A stretch of DNA of 32,000 nt from Candidatus Saccharimonadota bacterium (GCF_025273655.1 NZ_CP045921.1:60001-92000), one strand, 5' to 3'; shown: positions 16,780 to 24,695, counted from the first letter of the stretch. Notes: generated by a model from the sequence alone, not told the origin. Program-made: numbers and translations.

Positions 16780-16798
16780 ATGTTCAAGTTCAGTTATA

Positions 16799-17305
16799 TT
16801 AGTTTCGAGTGATTCTCAGACGATATTCGTCATTAACGGAAGTTCGTTCTTTACTGCGTTTGAATAAATCAGTTTTTAATCCAAGCTTCCTACCTTTATC
16901 ATTTAAGCGTCGAACAGCTTGTTCTACGCCTCTTCGGGATTCTTTAAGTTTTGCAAGAGATACGGCATTATCTCTAGCTTCAAACACTGCATAGTCGTCA
17001 ATATATTTATTAGGAGAGTTGAATGTTATTTTACATACATAGTGTTCAAGAGATTTTGGTTCAATTCTTATTTTATTATCGCCTGAATGGAGTTCGGTTT
17101 CTTTCAGGTCATACCAAATAGAGTTCTTCAAGAGAGACTTTGCGGCTATGTTATTCTTCCTTTTCTTATAAAGGATTGGTGCAAAATACCAAACCGCCAT
17201 ACCTAAAGCCATAAGGGAAAGAATTGCGTACACTACAAGAAAGATATTATTAAACTCAGGGTCTACTTCTATCTGCGGTGTATTGAATGCAAAGTATTTA
17301 TTCAT
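16799..17305 (-). CDS. hypothetical N-terminally membrane-anchored protein
   Basis: 168-aa ORF with one TM helix (IFLVVYAILSLMALGMAVWYFAPILY). The C-terminal part, ending in RRGVEQAVRRLNDKGRKLGL, is faintly reminiscent of the recognition helix/wing of OmpR/PhoB-type DNA-binding domains. Confidence 0.5.
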   Translation of the reverse strand: MNKYFAFNTPQIEVDPEFNNIFLVVYAILSLMALGMAVWYFAPILYKKRKNNIAAKSLLKNSIWYDLKETELHSGDNKIRIEPKSLEHYVCKITFNSPNKYIDDYAVFEARDNAVSLAKLKESRRGVEQAVRRLNDKGRKLGLKTDLFKRSKERTSVNDEYRLRITRN

Positions 17306-17427
17306 AGCTATTTATATTGTAAGCGATTTGGATATTCTGACGGTGATTTCGTTATATGTAAGAAATTGAAAAAGCTATTCTCTCTATAATAAGAGTAGAG
17401 ATAAAACAAATATAAACAGGAGTTTTT

Positions 17428-17751
17428 ATGGTTAATAAAAAACCAATAGGTAGACCACAAAAAGTTAATTATCAGATTATAAGTAAATTGGAGGACTCAT
17501 TGCAGTACGGGTCTACTATTTCAGAAGCTTGTTACTACGCTGGAATTAGTAGGGATACATTTTACCGTTACTTCCGTGAAGATAGAATCTTTGCTGAAAA
17601 AATGGAACTTGCACGAAATAAGCTGCTAACAATCGCTAAATCAAATGTTAGTAGAGCGATAATAGAAGGTGATTATGAGAGCAGTTTATGGCTATTAGAA
17701 AAGGTCGTTACTCCCTCTCTAGCTATTGCTGACGAAGTGCCGAGGGTATAA
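17428..17751 (+). CDS. phage-type HTH DNA-binding protein (terminase-small-subunit-like N-terminal fold)
   Basis: 107 aa with GRPQK...STISEACYYAGISRDTFYRYFRED..FAEKMELARNK...SLWLLEK. This pattern matches my memory of TerS-like/HTH_23-like phage proteins. RBS AGGAG upstream. Confidence 0.55.
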   Translation: MVNKKPIGRPQKVNYQIISKLEDSLQYGSTISEACYYAGISRDTFYRYFREDRIFAEKMELARNKLLTIAKSNVSRAIIEGDYESSLWLLEKVVTPSLAIADEVPRV

Positions 17752-17754
17752 ATA

Positions 17755-18246
17755 ATGGAAGAGTACGAGTTTTTCTATGCCGATATTGAAGCAGATTCGA
17801 TATTTCTAAGTAGGTATAACGTAGGAGATTTTATACACGCTAATAATGGCGTAGTAGCTTCTAGGCTCAAGGGAGGTTTACTGACGAACTGTAATGTACG
17901 ATTCTCCTTCGTGCCTCACCCACAAGGATTTTTAGGTTACAGAGTTGAAGATGAAGATTGGAAAAATCAACAACTATTTATTTTTGACAAAGACTGGCGT
18001 TTCAAAGTTGAAGACAGGTTCTTTTACGATGGCGTTTTTCAAATCTTAATGTCGCATATAGATTGGGAGGACTTTGGTGAGAAAAAAATTATCGAAGCTG
18101 CTAGAAAAGACTTCAAGAAGCTTTATAAACAACCGCCTGTAGATGTTCTAAATAATGTGGAATGGAAGCGAAGAGTTAGGAAAGTTCCTGGTGTTGATGG
18201 GAAGAACAGTCCCTACAAAGGTTTTCTGACAATGTATTGGAAATAG
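17755..18246 (+). CDS. hypothetical protein
   Basis: 163-aa ORF starting 3 nt after the previous stop. Trp/Phe/Asp-rich. No motif recognised. Confidence 0.5.
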   Translation: MEEYEFFYADIEADSIFLSRYNVGDFIHANNGVVASRLKGGLLTNCNVRFSFVPHPQGFLGYRVEDEDWKNQQLFIFDKDWRFKVEDRFFYDGVFQILMSHIDWEDFGEKKIIEAARKDFKKLYKQPPVDVLNNVEWKRRVRKVPGVDGKNSPYKGFLTMYWK

Positions 18247-18293
18247 CCTATGTAACGTCACTGATAATTATTATTTGACTGTCAGATTAACAG

Positions 18294-18512
18294 CTAAATA
18301 TCTTTAAATAAGTCTGCTATATCTACTTTCAATGAGCTTGCAATCTTATTTAATGTACCGAGTCTAGCCCACCGCTTACCAGTTTCGATATATGCAATTG
18401 CTACGACGCTCATACTAATACTTTCGGCTAATTGTTGTTGCGTTACGCCTTTACTTTTTCGTACTACTGCAACACGCTTGCCAAATGTTTTCATCAATTC
18501 GTTTTCATTCAT
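18294..18512 (-). CDS. XRE (Cro/CI-type) HTH transcriptional regulator
   Basis: 72 aa with FGKRVAVVRKSKGVTQQQLAESISMSVVAIAYIETGKRWARLGTLNKIASSLKV, a canonical HTH_3 domain. Confidence 0.85.
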   Translation of the reverse strand: MNENELMKTFGKRVAVVRKSKGVTQQQLAESISMSVVAIAYIETGKRWARLGTLNKIASSLKVDIADLFKDI

Positions 18513-18525
18513 ATCATAAGCGTAA

Positions 18526-18566
18526 AATAATAAACAGATAGTTACATAAACTAGCTGTTTATTATT
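18526..18566. promoter_or_regulatory. 12-bp perfect inverted repeat upstream of the XRE gene (candidate operator)
   Basis: aataataaacag (18526..18537) and ctgtttattatt (18555..18566) with a 17-nt spacer, starting 14 nt upstream of the XRE start, in the divergent region toward the 18707 gene. Confidence 0.4.
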
Positions 18567-18706
18567 ACTTAATTAACGGGGTTGTACTGTTATATAAAAA
18601 GTATTGATAAATAGTTAATGGTGTTTGCCCGCTAACAAATATATAGGTATTGATGTTGTATAGTAAACGTAAATGATTAATTCAAAATGAAATTAGGAGC
18701 TTAGAA

Positions 18707-19351
18707 ATGTCATTCTTCGACAAGGTTAAAGATGCAAGTGATAAAGCTGGTAAATCAATTCAGAAGAGCTATCAAGAGCAACAGCAGAAGTCAGCCGAAC
18801 TAAAGGATATTAGAGGGGCTAAACTAGACGCTCTAGCTGTGGAGTATATGGGTGGATACGGTGATGGTCGTAAAGCGAATGGCATTATTACTTTTTACCA
18901 AAACCAAACAGAGTTCAGTGCTGTTATGAGTACAAAGTTCACTATACCTAATTCTCAAATCAAAGACATTCTTGTAGAAGGTAAAGATGAAGTTAATAGG
19001 CGTGTTACCGTAACCCGACTTATTGCAGTTGGTATATTTGCTTTTGCACTCAAGAAGAAGAGCAAAGACCAAGAATCGTATATCACGCTTGAACTTATTG
19101 ATGGTCAAGAAGTTATTTTATTCGTGGAAAATAAAGCACCTATGGCTTTGAGAGCTAAATTAGCTAAGGTTATCTCGTCTGTTAAACAAGTTAGTGCATC
19201 ACACCAAGTAGTCTCTGCTCAGCCGCAACCACGAGTAAGCATAGCTGATGAACTCGGTAAACTCGCTAACCTCAAAGAACAAGGTATATTGACCCAAGCT
19301 GAGTTTGATACAGAAAAAGCTAAAGTACTTAACGGTAGGACGTCTATATGA
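18707..19351 (+). CDS. PH-like domain / SHOCT domain protein
   Basis: 214 aa. The C-terminus IADELGKLANLKEQGILTQAEFDTEKAKVL is a SHOCT motif. The middle region (GIITFYQNQTEF...ILVEG...VTVTR..ITLELIDGQEVILFV) looks like a bacterial PH/YokE-like domain. RBS AGGAG. Confidence 0.65.
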   Translation: MSFFDKVKDASDKAGKSIQKSYQEQQQKSAELKDIRGAKLDALAVEYMGGYGDGRKANGIITFYQNQTEFSAVMSTKFTIPNSQIKDILVEGKDEVNRRVTVTRLIAVGIFAFALKKKSKDQESYITLELIDGQEVILFVENKAPMALRAKLAKVISSVKQVSASHQVVSAQPQPRVSIADELGKLANLKEQGILTQAEFDTEKAKVLNGRTSI

Positions 19352-19842
19352 CCCAACAAAATCAAAAGAAAGAAATGTCTAAAGGTATTTATTTCTTAAT
19401 GTTGATTCCAATCCTTATGTTTGGAGTTCTAGGTGGACTTATTGGATTTATGGGTGACAATCCCGACCCCCTATCAGGATTTTTATGGGGAGCGGGTATT
19501 GGGCTTGCAGTATGTGTCATAACATTCATCGGAATGTACGGATGGGAGTGGATTAAAAAGGAAGTTGAAAAAGGACGATTGCTACCGTTCATTATAATTG
19601 GCGTTATTGCTGCCGTTGTAGTCAGTGCATACTTGGGAATGAGTTTAGGCGGACCTTCTTGTGTGGAGTCGGATACAGATAATAGGGGCAGTAGCTGTGT
19701 CGAATATGCAGACGATGGCTACGAAGCTACCGGCGACCAGAAATGGGATAAGTTTTGGAGTACCCTGCCTATTACTGTTATCATCGCTTCTCTAATTGCT
19801 GTTATCGTTCGCAATCAGATGGAAAAAGATAAGAAAAAATAA
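19348..19842 (+). CDS. hypothetical 4-TM membrane protein with Cys-containing acidic loop
   Basis: 164 aa. The ATG overlaps the upstream TGA (ATGA). Four hydrophobic helices. Loop GGPSCVESDTDNRGSSCVEYADDGYEATGD. Confidence 0.6.
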   Translation: MTQQNQKKEMSKGIYFLMLIPILMFGVLGGLIGFMGDNPDPLSGFLWGAGIGLAVCVITFIGMYGWEWIKKEVEKGRLLPFIIIGVIAAVVVSAYLGMSLGGPSCVESDTDNRGSSCVEYADDGYEATGDQKWDKFWSTLPITVIIASLIAVIVRNQMEKDKKK

Positions 19843-20127
19843 AATCTTAAAAGATTCTTATGGATACTCAACGACTATTTAGAGAGACAATTGTTCGAGC
19901 AATACCACCCTATCGCTAACACAATCTTTCCTAACGGAACTTACTATGGAAGAAGTGTATTGGGGAACGAAGGAGAATCCATTTCAGTCTCTGAATGGAA
20001 CCCTGATATGGTTACTGTCAAAATACATAAGGGTGAATTCAATGGATTCTCGGACGGCAAGGCTCACTTTCGTTAAGTATATAAATTGTATATATCTACA
20101 CTATAAATTGTCTATTTTCTATCCAAC

Positions 20128-20454
20128 CTAATGCGTAGCGCCACTACCTAGTTCAATCATAAGCACACCTCCAATTACAACGGCAATACCAATGGACATA
20201 ACTAACGTCAGATGTTCTTTGAATAGTAGTTTGCTAAAAATCGCAGTAAGAGCAACTCCTGACGCTGCCCATATACCGTAAGCGACACCGAGGGCCATAC
20301 CGCTAGAAAGTGTAAAAATCAGCATTGTAAAGGCAATAGTATATCCAACCGCAACAGCTACCCACCATCGACGCTTGCCTGAGCTTGCCATCCGTAATGA
20401 AAGTGCTCCTGATACCTCGGCAATAATTGCACCGATAAGAAATAACCAACCCAT
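20128..20454 (-). CDS. small multidrug resistance (SMR) transporter subunit, second of a pair
   Basis: 108 aa, 4 TM. TM1 glutamate in GAIIAEVSGALSLR, plus GVAYGIWAASGVALTA. Its start overlaps the upstream stop (TAATG). Confidence 0.85.
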   Translation of the reverse strand: MGWLFLIGAIIAEVSGALSLRMASSGKRRWWVAVAVGYTIAFTMLIFTLSSGMALGVAYGIWAASGVALTAIFSKLLFKEHLTLVMSIGIAVVIGGVLMIELGSGATH

Positions 20455-20801
20455 TATACGTTTCCTTTCTCTTTTCTAGTTGCAGCCTGTGAACCTAATT
20501 CAATCATTAGTACGCCAGCAATAATTACTACAATCCCTAGTACCATAATCGAGGTTAAAGGTTCGTTAAAAATCAAATGTGATAGGAACGCAGTCATTGC
20601 TACACCACAAGCACCCCATATCCCATAAGCTACCCCTAGAGCCATACCTGATTTAAGTGCTTTTGTTAAAAACACAAAAGCTAATACATAACCTATCAAT
20701 ACCACTATATAGAAAATTGAATTATCCATCCCTGCCTTCAATGAAAGTGTAGCTACTACTTCCGAAATGATAGCTCCGACTAGAAATATCCATTGTTTCA
20801 T
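20454..20801 (-). CDS. small multidrug resistance (SMR) transporter subunit, first of a pair
   Basis: 115 aa, 4 TM. TM1 glutamate in GAIISEVVATLSLK, plus GVAYGIWGACGVAMTA. Its start overlaps the tetR stop (TAATG). Confidence 0.85.
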   Translation of the reverse strand: MKQWIFLVGAIISEVVATLSLKAGMDNSIFYIVVLIGYVLAFVFLTKALKSGMALGVAYGIWGACGVAMTAFLSHLIFNEPLTSIMVLGIVVIIAGVLMIELGSQAATRKEKGNV

Positions 20802-21322
20802 TATTTTACTCCTTCTTTTAGTATTTTCTCTGAGACGTCTAAGATTGACTGCCTCTCTTCGACACTTATGTTCAACATCCCCAAGCCTCTATCGAACCAA
20901 GCCCCATCAGCGATAAGTCGAACAGTCATCAATGCAGACCGCCTAGTAATGTCCGTAATATCGTAAAAGTTGAACCAAGCTTCAATCTGTTTAGCCCATT
21001 TAGCGTAAAGCTCATCTTTTAATTTGTAGTCAGCCATAAAGGCGAAATCTGATGAGTCTATTTCGTCAGACATTGCATACCTAAGGTAAGTCATCATCCT
21101 GTCTTCGGCGTTAGGTTTAGCAGGAGTTGCGTCAAGCATTAATTGCCATCTTTCTACGACATCATTCACAAGACCCATCATAAGCGATTTTTTTGTAGGA
21201 TAGTGATGCACTAGTCCTGCTTTAGTTAATCCTATATCACGAGCGACGGAATCAAGCGAAACCGTTTCCCCGTTTTTTATACGTTCCTGTGCAGCTTTAA
21301 TAATATCTTTTTTCTGAATCAT
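20801..21322 (-). CDS. TetR/AcrR family transcriptional regulator
   Basis: 173 aa with the N-terminal HTH IIKAAQERIKNGETVSLDSVARDIGLTKAGLVHHYPTKKSL. First gene of the tetR-smr-smr operon. Confidence 0.85.
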   Translation of the reverse strand: MIQKKDIIKAAQERIKNGETVSLDSVARDIGLTKAGLVHHYPTKKSLMMGLVNDVVERWQLMLDATPAKPNAEDRMMTYLRYAMSDEIDSSDFAFMADYKLKDELYAKWAKQIEAWFNFYDITDITRRSALMTVRLIADGAWFDRGLGMLNISVEERQSILDVSEKILKEGVK

Positions 21323-21331
21323 AATACCATA

Positions 21332-21345
21332 CTACCATATGGTAG
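21332..21345. promoter_or_regulatory. perfect 14-bp palindrome CTACCATATGGTAG (candidate TetR operator)
   Basis: Located 10 nt upstream of the tetR ATG (21322) and preceded by a partial repeat, ATACCATA. Confidence 0.5.
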
Positions 21346-21432
21346 GTTTATTAACAATATAATCTTTGGACGGTATTTATTTATATCAAGTTACGATATT
21401 ACTTGTAATGATGGTTTGAACTTCTTTAACTA

Positions 21433-21444
21433 GGGTGTACCATA
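21433..21444. repeat. attR core: second copy of GGGTGTACCATA (orphan tRNA-Arg 3' end)
   Basis: Identical to 13469..13480. Followed by the host-type tRNA hairpin. Composition returns to the host level here. Confidence 0.7.
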
Positions 21445-21480
21445 GAAAATTCCCCACCATGCGTGGGGAATTTTCTATGG
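21440..21480 (+). terminator. orphaned native tRNA-Arg 3' hairpin (CCATAGAAAAT arms)
   Basis: ccatagaaaattccccac (21440..21457) pairs perfectly with gtggggaattttctatgg (21463..21480): an 18-bp stem with a 5-nt loop. Confidence 0.65.
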
Positions 21481-21509
21481 TCTCAGTAGTCTTGTTATAA
21501 TAAATCTAT

Positions 21510-21758
21510 ATGCAACATACATGGAATTTTCCCGACAAAGAGTCGGAACAGAAATGCATCGACGAACTCATCACCCGCATCGAAGATATCGGCGACGACG
21601 GGGTGGGGATGATTGCGGCGCAAGATGTGATAGATATAGTGACAGAGCACTTAGCACCGACAATTTACAACCGCGGTGTGCGTGATGCCCGGAAGCTCGT
21701 GCTTGATAAAATGCAAGATGCCGAGTTTGAGCTGGATGGCTTGCAGATCCAGCAGTAG
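21510..21758 (+). CDS. DUF2164 family protein
   Basis: 82 aa. The pattern E..C...L......I..D.G...A....D.....L.P..YN.G..DA resembles DUF2164 proteins as I remember them. Confidence 0.55.
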   Translation: MQHTWNFPDKESEQKCIDELITRIEDIGDDGVGMIAAQDVIDIVTEHLAPTIYNRGVRDARKLVLDKMQDAEFELDGLQIQQ

Positions 21759-21770
21759 GTAAATTGCAGT

Positions 21771-22796
21771 TTACGCGTCAGTGTTGTCGATATCAGATTT
21801 GCTTTCACCGAAGTGCACACGGGCTTTTTCGTGCTGAGTGGAGCGTCGCCTGCGGATGAGATACCAGCCCACAAAACCGATGACAGTGAGGAGGGCAGAC
21901 GCCCCAGCCAATGGGAGGAGCGTCATGCGCATCTCTGCTGCGGTAGCGGCTGCGAGCGCGCGTGCAAGCTCCTGGTAGCCTGGTTCGAGGACATACGAAT
22001 TGACGATAGCGACACCGCTACCTTGAGCGATGAATACTGTAAGTGCCGCCAGCAGTCCACCGATACCGATGACAGCGACACCCCGGAACCTGTGTTTGAT
22101 CAAGAGCCATAAACTACTAAGTGCGAAGATACCCGCCGCAAAGATGGCGGCCGAATTGAGCATGTTGAGGTACTCGGGGATGTTGCGGGTCTGGCTGATG
22201 ACGGAATTTGGAATAGTGAGCTGGTCGCTCGACAGCACCCCCTCTTTGATAGTCGGCTGGGATTTTAGGGCGACTAGGATACCGGCGCGGATTTCTTTTT
22301 CGCTGAGTATCGACAGGCGACATTGGCCAGTGGCGATGTCGGCCGATGTATTGGTGTAATTACATATGGGTTGGGCGAGGATTTTGGCTGTCATCTCGGC
22401 AGCCAGCGAATCGGCCAGCTCGGTGAGCTGCTGCTGCGCGTCTACTCGAAACGTTGCGTCGGGCTGTTTACTGCCCAGCCAGTTGGCCATAGATTCGGTT
22501 GCCGGCACTAGTAGCTTGTCGAGATTGTCGTCATCGAAACTTTTGTCGACGGCTGTACGGACGACTTTTTCGTCTACGAGTGCTCCGTAGCCAGTGTCTT
22601 GGGCTTCGGCCAGGATTCGCGGCGTGAGGATATCGCCACGCACGATCTCGTACGTGTTGGCGCTACGGGTAATTTTGCGCAGACTACTAGCGTCGCTGAC
22701 AACTTTTGTTATTGAGTAATTGAGCGTGATGATGGCAATACAGCTCGCGATAATTACACACCATAGACTAAGTCGAACGATTTTGAAAAACTTCAT
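21771..22796 (-). CDS. hypothetical membrane protein
   Basis: Start moved to the ATG at 22796 (MKFFKIVRLSLWCVIIASCIAIITL, a signal-anchor). A large extracytoplasmic domain is followed by 3-4 C-terminal TM helices. Confidence 0.6.
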   Translation of the reverse strand: MKFFKIVRLSLWCVIIASCIAIITLNYSITKVVSDASSLRKITRSANTYEIVRGDILTPRILAEAQDTGYGALVDEKVVRTAVDKSFDDDNLDKLLVPATESMANWLGSKQPDATFRVDAQQQLTELADSLAAEMTAKILAQPICNYTNTSADIATGQCRLSILSEKEIRAGILVALKSQPTIKEGVLSSDQLTIPNSVISQTRNIPEYLNMLNSAAIFAAGIFALSSLWLLIKHRFRGVAVIGIGGLLAALTVFIAQGSGVAIVNSYVLEPGYQELARALAAATAAEMRMTLLPLAGASALLTVIGFVGWYLIRRRRSTQHEKARVHFGESKSDIDNTDA

Positions 22797-22951
22797 ATAT
22801 CCAGTATACGCGCATTGTTTTTGTCTTGTCACCATACAGGCTGCGTATCGCAACCAATTGATGGCAGTCGAATGTTTGAGTGCGCGTATGATAGAATGGT
22901 ACAGATTACTCTAGGGGTGTAGGAGTAATTAGCTACTCAGAGAAAAAGTCT

Positions 22952-23039
22952 GGAGAGGTGCAGGAGTGGTTGAACTGGCTTGTCTCGAAAACAAGTGTGG
23001 GGTAACTCACCGAGGGTTCGAATCCCTCTCTCTCCGCCA
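22952..23039 (+). tRNA. tRNA-Ser (anticodon CGA), encoded CCA
   Basis: Hand-folded. Acceptor GGAGAGG/TCTCTCC, anticodon stem CTTGT/ACAAG with loop CTCGAAA, long variable arm, T-loop GGTTCGAATCC, GCCA. Confidence 0.9.
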
Positions 23040-23076
23040 TAGAAATACCGTGACCAGATGGTCGCGGTATTTCTAT
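23039..23076 (+). terminator. tRNA-3' hairpin with ATAGAAAT / ATTTCTAT arms
   Basis: atagaaataccgtgacc pairs with ggtcgcggtatttctat (17 bp, one G-U pair, 4-nt loop). It starts at the last A of CCA. Confidence 0.6.
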
Positions 23077-23134
23077 TTCTTCGATCTCTCTGTAGGCGGA
23101 CGAGTAGATTTTGTCTGCTGTATACTATTAGTTA

Positions 23135-24561
23135 ATGACACGTCTCCCAACGCGCCTTGAGCTTCTCGCTTTTATCGTCGGATTCACACTTATGACATTT
23201 GAGCTGGCTGCGGCACGTATTCTTGCTCCGACGGTCGGGAGCTCTACATATGTCTGGACAAGTATTATCGGCACGATAATCGCAGCACTGAGCTTCGGGT
23301 TTTATGTCGGCGGTCGGATAGCGGATGCGCGTGCTCGACGACGAGATGTGATGTGGCTGCTATTAGTGGCGTCTGGGTTAATTGCACTTACAACCGTACT
23401 GTATCCTCATGTGTTGCCGTGGCTGGCGGACCTTGAGATCGATGTGCGTGCGCAAGCTGTCATGGCAGCATTGCTACTGTTCGCACCTACTAGTTTCGTG
23501 CTCGGTACGATTAGTCCGTACCTGGCCAAACTCAACGTCACTTCACTCAAAACAGCCGGAACTGCTGTAGCAAACCTGAGTATGTGGGACGCACTCGGTG
23601 GGATTACGGGCACGTTTCTGGACAGGCTTCGTGCTGTTTGGGTATGTGGGATCGCGCGCAATCTTCGTCGTGCTGGTAGTGGTGCTACTGCTGGCGACTG
23701 TGCTACTTGCAGAAAAGTTGTACCGGGGTCAGTGGATTTTTGCCGGCATAGTACTTTATATTGTGGCGCTGGCGCCCACATATGCCCAGGCACTTAACAT
23801 CGATACGCCGACGGCACACTATACGGTGTTTGACTGGGAATCTGACGGGCAACGTATGCGCGGCCTGGCTATGGGGCCGGGCGGTGTCCAGTCGGGGATA
23901 CAGGTGAATCGACCCGACGAGCCGGTATTTTGGTACACCAAGCAGTTGGCCGGTTTGATCGCGCAGACCCCAGCGAAGCAACGGATACTCATGCTAGGCG
24001 GCGGTACGTTTACACTACCGCAGCAAATAGCGCATCGATATCCTCACTCTCTCATATCGATGTTGTCGAGATCGACCCGAAGCTAGTAGAGGTTGCACGT
24101 GAGCATTTCTACTATCGAGATCCAAGCAATGTCACTCTGACTTTTACGGATGCTCGCACATATGTTAATCAGACCAAGCAGCGCTACGACATCGTGGTAG
24201 TGGATGTGTATGGCACAACACGGATATTCCGTTTACTTTTATGACACGCGAATATGGTGATGCCTTGCGGCGAGTGGTGCAACCTGGCGGTGTGGTGATG
24301 GTCAACATGATCGCTGGTGAGCAGGGCGGATGCCAAGAGCTACTGAGCACACGCGAGGCGCCATATCGCTACAACTTTTCGCAGCGTCTCGTGAGCACAA
24401 GTGAAGGAACTCACCCTGATACGTTACATAATATCATCGGTGTATATGGTGAGGCGTTGCCGCAGTACACGGGTTACCAGGATACCCAGATACCGCGTTT
24501 TGAGCCATATACAGATGACTTTGCGCCTGCAGAGCGAATCCGTCAGAATTGTGCAGCATAA
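23135..24561 (+). pseudogene. fused multi-TM membrane domain / spermidine-synthase-like methyltransferase-fold protein, disrupted by three frameshifts
   Basis: Four consecutive ORFs (start coordinate mod 3 = 2, 0, 2, 1) together give one collinear protein. N-terminal TM helices are followed by ILMLGGGTFTLP, IDVVEIDPKLVEVAREHF, YDIVVVDVYG and LRRVVQPGGVVMVN. The shifts lie near 23615-23625, 24040-24055 and 24215-24228. Confidence 0.7.
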
Positions 24562-24666
24562 ACGCTACATCTAGCGTTGTAAAAATCAAACAACACACTA
24601 GCTTACATGTAACAGAGGCGACTAATCGTGTGGTGAAAAATACCCGCATAAAATTACCAAAAAGGC

Positions 24667-24695
24667 TTGAAACCCATATATATAGGGTCTATTAT
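24667..24695 (+). promoter_or_regulatory. sigma-70-type promoter of the nrd operon
   Basis: TTGAAA (24667..24672), a 17-nt spacer, then TATTAT (24690..24695). This implies a ~175-nt 5' UTR. Confidence 0.5.

Larger units (their letters stand above)
13469..21444. mobile_element. ~8 kb integrative element in the tRNA-Arg 3' end (serine-recombinase type; replication ATPase, regulators, SMR efflux cargo; no structural phage genes)
   Basis: Flanking 12-bp direct repeats. An orphan tRNA 3' fragment with its native-type hairpin sits at the right end. A recombinase gene abuts attL. The interior is clearly AT-richer than the flanks. Confidence 0.75.

Noticed and set aside
18933-18947. Additional TCACTATA matches (18.94 kb inside the SHOCT gene; ACACTATA at 23.82 kb) as further phage-RNAP promoters
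   Set aside because: Only 8-nt matches, followed by CCT/CGG instead of GGG/GGA, and located inside coding sequence. They are expected by chance.
19891-20131. Two overlapping 61-aa ORFs between the 4-TM gene and the SMR genes
   Set aside because: 19891 starts with TTG, has no RBS and is in an AT-rich spacer. 19946 overlaps it and the SMR stop. Neither shows a motif. A real small gene cannot be excluded, but it is unsupported.
23135-24561. Programmed ribosomal frameshifting as an explanation for the four collinear ORFs
   Set aside because: There are three shifts of mixed direction within 1.4 kb. No X XXY YYZ slippery sites or downstream pseudoknots were visible. Pseudogenisation or indel errors are simpler explanations.
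24561-24578. Hairpin AACGCTA-CATC-TAGCGTT right after the pseudogene stop
   Set aside because: The stem is 7 bp with no following U-tract, so it is too weak to call a terminator.
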